NCBI GenBank assembly: GCA_035547635.1
Contig: DASZUP010000583.1
Span: 1-42,560, forward strand
Origin: Pirellulales bacterium
GTDB lineage: Bacteria > Planctomycetota > Planctomycetia > Pirellulales > JAICIG01
Direction: 5' to 3'
Length of the DNA stretch: 42,560 bases
The notes beneath the pieces were generated by a model that was given only the letters and a program-made list of their open reading frames with translations, did no database searches and was not told the DNA's origin. This document shows, in pieces, positions 33,173 to 41,880 of this stretch (its first letter is position 1; each line of letters begins with the position of its first letter). The translations under genes were made by a program, and so were the position numbers.

Positions 33173-35518
33173 TCAATAGCCCAGTTCGTCCAGCATGACG
33201 AATTGGCGGACCAGCTTTTCAGGCGTTTTCGGCTGATTTCGCAACAGGTCCTCAAAGCCGGGACGCGTATTGAGGGTCTTGGCCAGCGCCTTCAACTCAG
33301 GGAAATGCTCGACTTCCGGCAAGGCGAGGCCGACTTCAAACGCACGCCACAAGGCCGTGGCCGCGACTTCCCAGCAAGGATCGCCGGGAGAAGCGCCGCG
33401 AGCGAACACGAACGCGCCACACATCATCGCGCGAGGATTCTTCGGCGCGCGTTTCATCAATTCTCGCGCGGCCGCAAGCGTGTCCTCGTCCGATCTGGGC
33501 TTGCTATTGTGGACCTCTCTTTGAGACCGGACATCCACCCGGTTGAAATACGCTGCGATGAGGTCCGGGTCCAGGCGAATCGCCGCCTCGAAATACTCTT
33601 CCGCTTCATCAAAGTGCCGGCCGGCGGGTTGGGGGCTGAAGCAGGCGACCATGCCAAGGTTGTTCAGCAACTCAGCATGCTGCAACCCGCCGTCCACGGC
33701 GCGCAGGTAACACTGCTTGGCTTCCCGAAACCCTCGGTCGCCAAGACGTTTGATGCAATCCCCCAAACACGCGTCCGCTTCGGGTCCGGCGCCTGCGCTC
33801 GACGCCTTGGAAAAGTCGCTCGCAGCAGCACTCAGCCGGTTCATTCGATAGAGCGTTGCGCCGCGGTAGAACCAGACTTCCCACGCCGTCAAGCCAAGAT
33901 CGATGGCGTGCGTCAGGTGGGAATAGGCGGCCTCCATGTCGCGCTGCTCGTACGCCAGCTTTCCCGTGCGGTAGTAGGCGTCGGCCAGCGCGCCTCGGGC
34001 GTCGGCCGGCACGCCAAACCGGCCGGCATTGTCCAGTCGCCGTCGCGCCGCGGTCATGTCGGACTGGGCCAGATCGCTGCGGGCCGCACGCAACTCGCGG
34101 ACTCCGTACGGTTCGCGCGTCGCAGCGTGATAACTCAGGCCGGCGCCGATCGTCAGCAACATTCCCGCCGCAAACCCGACGAGCATCGGACGGGCGCGAG
34201 CGCGGCGCACCAGGCGGCGCCGCAGCGATAAGCAGCGGCGCAGTTCCGTTGCCAACGCCTGCGCGGTTTGAGGACGGGCGTCTTCATCGAACGCCAGGCA
34301 CCGCTGAATGAGGTCGGATAGCTGAGGATCAACGTTGGGATTCCGCTCGCAAAGCGGCTGCGGACCGCGGCGCTGACGCTCCTGCAGTTCGGTGGCGAAC
34401 TCATCCGGGGCCAGCTCGGACAGAATCGGACCGTAGGGCCACTCGCCGCACAGCAGCTCGTAGGCGATCACGCCCAGCGAGAAGAGATCCGACCGGGGGT
34501 CGATGACCGCAGGCCCGGGGCTCGGCTCCAGCACCGTCGCCTCAAGCTGCTCGGGCGCCATGTACGGCAACGTGCCCCCCAGCCGACGTTCGACCGCGCT
34601 GCGATCCTGCGACAGGTTGAAATCGAGCAGCATGGGCCTGCCATCGGGCGCCATCAACACGTTGGATGGCTTGAGATCGCGATGGCAGATGCCTTTGGCG
34701 TGCGTATAGGCCAGGGCGTCCGCCAATTGCGCTACCAGATGCACCGACGCTTCGACGTAGGAGAATTTCTGCAGCAGCGGATCCGGCGGCATAGACTCGA
34801 CCGGTTCGCCAAAGCGATTGACCGTTTCGATCGCATCCAGCAATTCCTTTGAGCTGCGCGGGAGTTGCTGGTCGGAACAGAACAGTTGGCCAATCACGTC
34901 GTCCAGCGCAGCTTGCCCCTTGTAGGGCATGCAGATCAGCGTCCAGCCGCGCTGTTCATCCTGGCGCACCGTGTACACCGGAACGATGTTGGGGTGCGAG
35001 AGCTTGCCGAGGATCTTGGCTTCTGCGGCGCCTTCCTTCGAGACCTTGACCGCGATGCGACGATCCGCCGCCGCCGGTTCGGACGCCAGAAAAACTCGCG
35101 AGAAGGCGCCCAGCCCCAACCCTTCCAGCAACTGGTAACCCGCTACGGTCTCGCCCGGCTCGGGCCAGCATTCGATCTCTGCGGCGCGGTCCGGCAACAG
35201 GCCGTGTTGATTCAAATAGTCGTGAACTGCCAAGAGCCGGGCTACCGACTGTTGATAATCAGGAAACTCGCGAAAGAATTCGGCGCGATCGACCGGCTCG
35301 CCTGACTCGATGCGGCGGAAGTACTCCTCGCAAGCCAGTCCCAGGACGACGCTCTTCTGGCGGCCGCTCTTGATGCGCCGAATGAAGAATTCGGAAGCGG
35401 AACCGTGCGGCGCCCCGCCGTTTTTTTGCGTTGAGGACAACGCCGAGTCAGCATACTCCTGCTGCAGTCCGTGCGGGCCTTGTTCACCCTGCCGCTGTGT
35501 ACGCTTCTCGCCGATCAC
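33173..35518 (-). CDS. membrane Ser/Thr protein kinase with a C-terminal TPR-repeat domain
   Basis: Hanks motifs 'IAVKVSK', 'HRDLKPSNVLM', 'LLDFNLS' (DFN in place of DFG) and 'YMAPEQ'. One TM helix 'MLVGFAAGMLLTIGAGLSY'. TPR-like repeats run to the C-terminus. The GTG start overlaps the sigma stop (GTGA 35515-35518). Confidence 0.9.
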   Translation of the reverse strand: MIGEKRTQRQGEQGPHGLQQEYADSALSSTQKNGGAPHGSASEFFIRRIKSGRQKSVVLGLACEEYFRRIESGEPVDRAEFFREFPDYQQSVARLLAVHDYLNQHGLLPDRAAEIECWPEPGETVAGYQLLEGLGLGAFSRVFLASEPAAADRRIAVKVSKEGAAEAKILGKLSHPNIVPVYTVRQDEQRGWTLICMPYKGQAALDDVIGQLFCSDQQLPRSSKELLDAIETVNRFGEPVESMPPDPLLQKFSYVEASVHLVAQLADALAYTHAKGICHRDLKPSNVLMAPDGRPMLLDFNLSQDRSAVERRLGGTLPYMAPEQLEATVLEPSPGPAVIDPRSDLFSLGVIAYELLCGEWPYGPILSELAPDEFATELQERQRRGPQPLCERNPNVDPQLSDLIQRCLAFDEDARPQTAQALATELRRCLSLRRRLVRRARARPMLVGFAAGMLLTIGAGLSYHAATREPYGVRELRAARSDLAQSDMTAARRRLDNAGRFGVPADARGALADAYYRTGKLAYEQRDMEAAYSHLTHAIDLGLTAWEVWFYRGATLYRMNRLSAAASDFSKASSAGAGPEADACLGDCIKRLGDRGFREAKQCYLRAVDGGLQHAELLNNLGMVACFSPQPAGRHFDEAEEYFEAAIRLDPDLIAAYFNRVDVRSQREVHNSKPRSDEDTLAAARELMKRAPKNPRAMMCGAFVFARGASPGDPCWEVAATALWRAFEVGLALPEVEHFPELKALAKTLNTRPGFEDLLRNQPKTPEKLVRQFVMLDELGY

Positions 35519-36105
35519 GAGAATTCTCCCGAAGAAAGACGCTGCAGCACGCGCTGCACCGTCCTGACGCTCAATTGCATGCGCTCGGCAATTTCTTCCT
35601 GGGTCATGCCTTGCTGCCGGAACATCAGGATCTGCTGGTAGTGGCGCGGCTGGCCGGCCAACAACCGCTCCTCCAACTCATGCCCAACGGCAATCTGGCT
35701 CGGCGTAGGCATTCGAGCCGCCATATAGCCGGCTTCCAGGGCCGCCGAACCGTTCAGCGAGCGCTCGCGGTTCAGGTTATGCTTCTTTGTGTTAAACAGG
35801 CGCCGGAACTCATCGACGACCTTGTTCCGGGCGACTTTAACAAGGAAACCAATCAAGGCCTCAGGCTGATTGAGCTCTTCAATCGCGGTGCGATCGGCAA
35901 AGAACGATGCCCAGACGGCTTGAGTAAAGTCGACGGAATCAACCTTGGACCGCATTTGCCTGTTCAAAGTCCGCCGTACGGCGCGCATGATGTGGGGGCC
36001 ATAGATCTCCACGAGCTCGCGGATGGCGTCGTCCGAGCCTTGCCGGACGCGTTCCATCAACGCGGCGAAGTCCTGGTCATCGCAGTGTGAGTCCTGAGCA
36101 GCCAT
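35515..36105 (-). CDS. sigma-70 family (ECF-like) RNA polymerase sigma factor, translationally coupled to the Ser/Thr kinase
   Basis: Region 2-like 'IRELVEIYGPHIMRAVRRTL...DSVDFTQAVWASFF' and region 4 HTH 'ILMFRQQGMTQEEIAERMQLSVRTVQRVLQR'. Confidence 0.88.
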   Translation of the reverse strand: MAAQDSHCDDQDFAALMERVRQGSDDAIRELVEIYGPHIMRAVRRTLNRQMRSKVDSVDFTQAVWASFFADRTAIEELNQPEALIGFLVKVARNKVVDEFRRLFNTKKHNLNRERSLNGSAALEAGYMAARMPTPSQIAVGHELEERLLAGQPRHYQQILMFRQQGMTQEEIAERMQLSVRTVQRVLQRLSSGEFS

Positions 36106-36362
36106 AGCTGACGGTTATGTTACCACTGCAGGCAGTCAAACCCAACGCTTTTTTACTTGACTTACTAACCCAGCGCCCCCCGCCAGAGGGCCAGCCCAAG
36201 CTGACGTTCGGCTGGACCCTGATAGCGTAAAAACTGCTTGCCCGGCCCAGTTGCGCAAGCTATCTTACCTGCGCACCTTAACTTGCAGTCCGCGATCGGG
36301 CCGCGCAAGTGCTGTGGCATGCAGTAAAAACGGCTTCTCCGCGAATCTTCTTCAGGTGGATC

Positions 36363-37985
36363 ATGAGATTTCATATATGGGCGTTGCTGTCGGCGAGCAT
36401 TCTAATTTTGGGAACAGACGTCGCCCGGGCCGCCAAACCGAAATTGACCCCCAAGCAGATTGCGGCTGAGGTTCAAGCCCTCGGCGGCGGCGTCGAATTC
36501 GACGACAAGAATCCCGAGCATCCGATCGTCAAAATCGATCTCGGCAACACTCGGGCCACCGATGCCGATCTGGCCCTGCTTGAGTCGCTCGACTCATTGC
36601 GCTGGCTCAGCCTGTGGCGGACGCAAATCACCGATGAGGGGGCCGAACGCCTGAAGGGCCTCTCCAGCCTGACCTGGCTTGACTTGTCGGGCACGCATAT
36701 CACGAACGATGGCCTGGAGTCCTTGAGCGGCCTGGCCAAGCTGGAAACGCTGACGCTGTACAATACTCGCATTAACGATGCCGGACTGACGCACCTTTCC
36801 ACGTTGACCGATCTGCGCGAGCTGGCTCTTTCCGACACCCCGATCACGGGCGCCGGCCTGGAATCGCTGGCAGGGCACGTCAAGCTGCGCGTCTTGCACC
36901 TGTTCCGCACGCGGCTCACCGACACCGGACTCAAGCACCTGGCGGGTTTGACGAACCTGGAGATGTTGGACCTGGGCGGCACGCACGTGACCGATGCCGG
37001 ATTGACGCACCTGAAGACGCTGAAAAACCTGGAGACCCTGGACCTCAAACACACGGGGGTCATGGGCGCCGGCCTGGAAGATCTGGCCGGTTTGACCAAG
37101 CTCCGGACGTTGGACCTGGGTTTCACCGCCATGCACGCCTCGGGCATGGAGCACGTCAAAGCGTTGACAGGGCTCAACCGGTTGTTCTTGAGCGATACGC
37201 AAATTGACGACGAGAGTCTTTCGAACTTGAAGGCGTTGCCCAAGCTCCGCGAGTTGGACCTGGGCCTGACGCCGATTACCGACGCCGGACTGGAACATCT
37301 CAAGGACTTGCCCGCCTTGGAAGAGTTGACGCTGATCGGCACGCAGGTCGGCGATCACGGCTTGAAGGCCATCGGCAGCCTGGCATTCCTTGATACCCTG
37401 GTCCTGACCGGCAACGAGATCAGCGACGCCGGACTCGCGCACCTGAAGGGTTTGACCCGGCTGCAGCATCTCGATCTGCGGCACACGCGGGTCACGGGCT
37501 CCGGATTTGGCGCGCTGAAGGGACTAACCAAGCTGGAAGCTCTCGATCTGGGCGACACTCCGCTGGATAACAAGGGCCTCGAACAACTTGCCGGCCTGAA
37601 GAGCCTGATCGATTTGAACCTGTACGACACGCGCGTCAGCGACGAGGGTTTGCACCACCTGGCCGGTCTGACGGACCTGGAAACGCTCAACCTGCTGGGC
37701 ACGCGGATCACCGACGCCGGCCTGGCATCAATCGGCAAGTTGACGAACCTCACCGCGCTGAGCCTGCTGGGAACCAAAATCACCGACGCCGGCCTGGCGC
37801 ATCTGAAGAGCTTGCAGCAGCTCGAAGGCTTGTCGCTGCAAAGCACGGGCGTCACCGATGCCGGCTTGCCCGCCTTGGCGGCGCTGAAGAACCTGCGTCA
37901 TCTGAGCCTGGTGGATACCCGAACCACGCCCGCCGGACTGGCCGAACTGCAGAAGCAGTTGCCGGAGCTGCGGATCGAACGATAG
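36363..37985 (+). CDS. secreted leucine-rich repeat protein (~20 tandem 24-aa LRRs)
   Basis: Signal peptide 'MRFHIWALLSASILILGTDVARA'. Then regular 'L.GL..L..L.L..T.(I/V)TDAGL.HL' units with 72-nt periodicity at the DNA level. Confidence 0.88.
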   Translation: MRFHIWALLSASILILGTDVARAAKPKLTPKQIAAEVQALGGGVEFDDKNPEHPIVKIDLGNTRATDADLALLESLDSLRWLSLWRTQITDEGAERLKGLSSLTWLDLSGTHITNDGLESLSGLAKLETLTLYNTRINDAGLTHLSTLTDLRELALSDTPITGAGLESLAGHVKLRVLHLFRTRLTDTGLKHLAGLTNLEMLDLGGTHVTDAGLTHLKTLKNLETLDLKHTGVMGAGLEDLAGLTKLRTLDLGFTAMHASGMEHVKALTGLNRLFLSDTQIDDESLSNLKALPKLRELDLGLTPITDAGLEHLKDLPALEELTLIGTQVGDHGLKAIGSLAFLDTLVLTGNEISDAGLAHLKGLTRLQHLDLRHTRVTGSGFGALKGLTKLEALDLGDTPLDNKGLEQLAGLKSLIDLNLYDTRVSDEGLHHLAGLTDLETLNLLGTRITDAGLASIGKLTNLTALSLLGTKITDAGLAHLKSLQQLEGLSLQSTGVTDAGLPALAALKNLRHLSLVDTRTTPAGLAELQKQLPELRIER

Positions 37986-37993
37986 CCCCGAAC

Positions 37994-38467
37994 GTGATTC
38001 GCCCCACCCTTCCCACGGACGACCCGACGTTACTGACGCTCGCGCAAGAGACGGGCGTGTTCAGGCCGATCGAGATCCAGGCGTTGGAAGAAGTGCTGTC
38101 CGATTACCATGCGACCAACCGGGAGCACGGCCACCGATCGGCGACCTTCGAGTCAGCAGGACAAATCCTGGGCTTCGCCTACTTCGCGCCGGCCGCCATG
38201 ACGGACCGCACCTGGTATTTGTACTGGATCGCCGTCAGCAAGCACGCGCAAGCCGGCGGCATCGGCGGAAAGCTGATGGAGCACGTCGAAGAAGAAATCC
38301 GCCGCGAGCGCGGTCGAATCTTGTTGATCGAGACGTCGTCGCTCGAGCACTACGCGCTGACGCGCCGCTTCTATCTCAAACACAATTACGAGCAGGTCGC
38401 CGAATTGCCGGACTACTATGCGGACGGCGATCACATGGTCGTGTTCCGCAAGCGGTTTTCCGCTTAG
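37994..38467 (+). CDS. GNAT-family N-acetyltransferase
   Basis: 'YWIAVSKHAQAGGIGGKLMEHVEEEI' (acetyl-CoA Q/R-x-x-G-x-G/A motif) and 'RRFYLKHNYEQV'. GTG start lies 9 nt after the LRR gene stop. Confidence 0.85.
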   Translation: MIRPTLPTDDPTLLTLAQETGVFRPIEIQALEEVLSDYHATNREHGHRSATFESAGQILGFAYFAPAAMTDRTWYLYWIAVSKHAQAGGIGGKLMEHVEEEIRRERGRILLIETSSLEHYALTRRFYLKHNYEQVAELPDYYADGDHMVVFRKRFSA

Positions 38468-38515
38468 CGGCGCCGCGAGCAAACCGGAAGGCGACAGCAC
38501 CATCCAGCGACGGCG

Positions 38516-39232
38516 CTATTTGCTCGCCGCCGCCAGATGTCCGTCGGGCGTAAAGCGGGCCTCATAGCCGACGCTTTTCAGGAACTTCATGGCGGCTATG
38601 TATGCGTCAGGGTCGATCTGCGCGATCTCGGCGTGTAGTTTGTCGTGCAAGTCGGCGAGCGCCCGCTGCACCTCGCGATAATTGCGAGTGCCCAGCCCTG
38701 AATTTCCCGGATCGTCCGCTCGCTCTGCAAACAGCCCTTCCAGCTTGTCGCGATCCGGCGCGAATTCGGGCTCTTTCAAGGCGGGGGGCCAGCTCAAGTT
38801 GCCGGTTTTTACGTTGAACTGATCATCCTTGAGCCGTTCAGGTTCGCGAGACTTGTTGAATGCGGCGATCTGATCGGACGTCGGCGTCGGGTGCTGCGCT
38901 CTCAGCTCGGCGCGATAGCTGGCGTTCATGCGCCGCATGTCGAAGTAAGTCTGCTCGCGCTTCTTTTGATTGTCGACCCACTGGCTGTAGGCTTGCTGGT
39001 AGTTCTTGGCGCCCATGGAGGTGTACAGATTGTACTGGCCCGCGGCCCCAGTAAGCATGGCCGAGCCCGCCAGAAAACTGCCCGCCGCGGTCGTTCCGGC
39101 GCCATAGCCATAACCGTACCCGCCGTAACCGTAACCGCCGCGGCCGCGACCGCGACGATAAGCGTCCGCCGGGGAACCGGCCGCGAGGAGCAGCCCGATC
39201 GCGACGGCTGAAAGCATGAGTTGTTTCATCAT
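38516..39232 (-). CDS. secreted protein with an N-terminal RGG/(GY)n low-complexity segment and a helical C-terminal domain; function unknown
   Basis: Signal peptide 'MMKQLMLSAVAIGLLLAAGSPADA', then 'YRRGRGRGGYGYGGYGYGYGAG', then non-repetitive protein-like sequence. Confidence 0.75.
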   Translation of the reverse strand: MMKQLMLSAVAIGLLLAAGSPADAYRRGRGRGGYGYGGYGYGYGAGTTAAGSFLAGSAMLTGAAGQYNLYTSMGAKNYQQAYSQWVDNQKKREQTYFDMRRMNASYRAELRAQHPTPTSDQIAAFNKSREPERLKDDQFNVKTGNLSWPPALKEPEFAPDRDKLEGLFAERADDPGNSGLGTRNYREVQRALADLHDKLHAEIAQIDPDAYIAAMKFLKSVGYEARFTPDGHLAAASK

Positions 39233-39490
39233 TGATGACTTGTCCCTTGTGGGCGTTTTCTCGCCGTTAAATCAGATAATTTCAGCATATCCTCGGCCAA
39301 GCCGCACAAACAACGGGCAAGATCTGCCTCCGCAGGCGCCTTCCCCGGGCGTCCGGCGGCCCCCTTCAGACGGCCGGCATTCTATGTACTAGAGTTGTCT
39401 AGGGTTAAGAGCCGCCGTCGAGCGATCGTTTTGCGCGCCGGCGCACAACGGCTCGGGGAAAATTACTAAAATGTAAGCAGGGGAAAGGCG

Positions 39491-40864
39491 ATGTGCGCCT
39501 CAGTTGTGGCCGAAAAACCGTTAGATCTGCTCTCCGCCATCCTCTCTGAAGAAGGCTTTCAGCCGCCGGAACCCGCCACGCTGGCCGAGACCGGCTTGAG
39601 CGAGGCGTTGGTGGATTCGCTGATTTGCAAGTACCTCTCGGTGGTCGGCACGGCCAGCGGCCGCAGCATTGCCGATCATCTGTGCTTGCCGATGGGCGTC
39701 GTGGAAGACCTCTATCATCGCTTGCGATCGCGACAATTTCTGGCCCATACCGGCTCCGCCCCGCTGAACGATTACTACTACACGCTGACCGATCAAGGCC
39801 GGCAGCGGGCGCAGACCTTTCTCGATGCTTGCGCGTATATCGGTCCCGCCCCGGTGCCGCTGATTGATTACGTCTGCTCCGTCGAAGCGCAGACCATTCG
39901 CGCCGAAGCGCCGAAGCGCGCACAGTTGGAACAGGCCTTCAAGGACATTTCGACCGATCCGACCGTCTTTGACAGCTTGGGCCCCGCGGTGAACTCCGGC
40001 GCCGGCATGTTTCTTTACGGAGCGCCGGGAAACGGCAAGACCACGCTGGCCGAACGGATCACGCGCTGCTTCGGGCAGAACATCTGGCTGCCACAGACGC
40101 TGCTCGAGGACGGCCAACTGATCAAGCTTTACGATCCGGCCTACCACGAAGCGCAGGAGCGCAAAGACAACAGCCTGATCAAGCAGAACAACCACGACCG
40201 CCGCTGGATCAAGGTCCGCCGTCCGACGGTGGTCGCGGGCGGCGAGTTGACGATGGACAGCCTCGAAATCCGCCACGACGCCAAGAGCAACGTCAGCGAA
40301 GCTCCGCTGCAGTTGAAGAGCAACTGCGGCTCGCTCCTGATCGACGACTTCGGCCGGCAACGCATGGAACCGGCAGAGCTGTTGAATCGCTGGATTGTTC
40401 CGCTGGAAAAGCGCTACGACTTCCTGACGCTGGCCTCGGGCAAGAAAATCCAGGTGCCGTTCGAGCAACTGATCATCTTCTCGACCAATCTCGAACCCGA
40501 GGACCTGGTCGACGAAGCCTTCCTGCGACGGATCCCGTACAAGATCAACATCGAGGATCCTTCCGAAGCCGAGTTTCATCGGCTGTTCGAGTTCTGCTCC
40601 CCTTCGCTGGGCTTTGAATATCGCCGCGAGGCGGTCGATTATCTGCTGGCCGCGCACTACCGGGCGGGCGACCGCCGGTTGCGGCGCTGCCATCCGCGCG
40701 ACCTGCTGGGCCAGATTCGCAACCACTGCGTTTACAACAGCCTGCCGCTGGAGATGACGCCGGAACACTTTGACCGCGTCGTCAAGAGTTACTTCACGGT
40801 CGTGTTGAACAACGAGCAAGACAAGGGCCGCCGGCCGGTGTGCGTGACTCAGGCCGTGAAGTAG
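39491..40864 (+). CDS. AAA+ ATPase with an N-terminal winged-helix-like region; family not identified
   Basis: Walker A 'LYGAPGNGKTTLAERI', Walker B 'SLLIDDFGRQ', sensor-1-like 'IIFSTN', and Arg-finger-like 'FLRRIPYKI'. The N-terminal ~120 aa ('GRSIADHLCLPMGVVEDLYHRLRSRQFL') look wHTH-like. Confidence 0.8.
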   Translation: MCASVVAEKPLDLLSAILSEEGFQPPEPATLAETGLSEALVDSLICKYLSVVGTASGRSIADHLCLPMGVVEDLYHRLRSRQFLAHTGSAPLNDYYYTLTDQGRQRAQTFLDACAYIGPAPVPLIDYVCSVEAQTIRAEAPKRAQLEQAFKDISTDPTVFDSLGPAVNSGAGMFLYGAPGNGKTTLAERITRCFGQNIWLPQTLLEDGQLIKLYDPAYHEAQERKDNSLIKQNNHDRRWIKVRRPTVVAGGELTMDSLEIRHDAKSNVSEAPLQLKSNCGSLLIDDFGRQRMEPAELLNRWIVPLEKRYDFLTLASGKKIQVPFEQLIIFSTNLEPEDLVDEAFLRRIPYKINIEDPSEAEFHRLFEFCSPSLGFEYRREAVDYLLAAHYRAGDRRLRRCHPRDLLGQIRNHCVYNSLPLEMTPEHFDRVVKSYFTVVLNNEQDKGRRPVCVTQAVK

Positions 40865-40867
40865 CGT

Positions 40868-41527
40868 TCACGGCGTCAGCCCGTGCGAAAGTGAGAACCG
40901 GATCAACTCCGAAACGCTGTCCAGGTTCAGCTTGACCAGCAAATTGGCGCGGTGAAACTCGACCGTTTTGGGGCTGATTCCCAACTGGGCGGCAATCCGT
41001 TTGGGAGTCGTTGCGTCGACCAGCAGGTTCATGACTTCCCGTTCGCGCTCTGACAGCGCGGACATGCGTTGCATCGCCTCGGCCCGCTCCGCCGTCTGCC
41101 GCCGGCGACGGATGTCAGACTCCACGGCCGTACGCACCTGGCGTTGCAGCTCCGCCGGACAGGCCGGCTTCTCCACGAAGTTGAAAGCCCCGGCCTTCAT
41201 CGCCTGAACGGCCGACTGGATCGAAGCGTGCCCGGTCAACATGATGATCGGCGTGAGAATATGGCGGGCGGCCAGGGTCTGCTGCAGTTCCAGGCCGTTC
41301 ATCCCCGGCAACTGGACGTCGAGCACGATACACCCGGGGGCCTCGTCTCGATAGTCGTCGACGAACGCTTCGGCGGTCGAATGGACGACGGCCGCATAAC
41401 CGCCCGCTTGAATAATCTCTCGCAGCACGCCGCTTACGTGGGGATCGTCATCGACGATAAACACAAGGGGTACAAGCCGTGCGGCCGACTGGGCCTCGCT
41501 GTTCTCGATCGGCACATTGCCGGACAT
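40868..41527 (-). CDS. FixJ/NarL-type response regulator (REC + LuxR HTH)
   Basis: REC 'VFIVDDDPHV...CIVLDVQLPGMNGLEL...IMLTGHAS...KAGAFNFVEKP' and HTH 'LSEREREVMNLLVDATTPKRIAAQLGISPKTVEFHRANLLVKL'. No histidine kinase lies adjacent. Confidence 0.92.
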   Translation of the reverse strand: MSGNVPIENSEAQSAARLVPLVFIVDDDPHVSGVLREIIQAGGYAAVVHSTAEAFVDDYRDEAPGCIVLDVQLPGMNGLELQQTLAARHILTPIIMLTGHASIQSAVQAMKAGAFNFVEKPACPAELQRQVRTAVESDIRRRRQTAERAEAMQRMSALSEREREVMNLLVDATTPKRIAAQLGISPKTVEFHRANLLVKLNLDSVSELIRFSLSHGLTP

Positions 41528-41880
41528 TGTCGGTCGCCCCCGCTCTTCGCTGTTTCGAAACAGAGTTGCTCACTTCAAGGTTGACGAAGCGAAGGCGTGA
41601 TCGTCAGCCGGCCCGAGTCTCGGCGCCGAGGTGTTGCGTCACTCCCTCTCAACTTTTTATCGGTTGTCCAGCCCGTCGAAAGCCTCTAAGAATAGGCAAA
41701 TCGCCTATAATCCGGGGGCTGGTCGGGCCGTCGGCAAGCCCCCCAAACGCCTGTGCGGCGGCCGGCGTGCGATGCCGCTCGCTGCCAGGACGTGCAGTCG
41801 CGGGCGGATTGGGACGGCAAGCTCGGCTTGTCCCCAGGCGGCAGGAGCGGGTAGGCTGGCGGGAGAAAGGCAACTCCCAA

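Noticed and set aside
36363-37985. Regular ~72-nt periodic DNA repeats that could superficially resemble a CRISPR-like array or satellite.
   Set aside because: The periodicity is in-frame. It encodes the 24-aa leucine-rich repeat of a single long ORF with a signal peptide, and there is no repeat-spacer structure.
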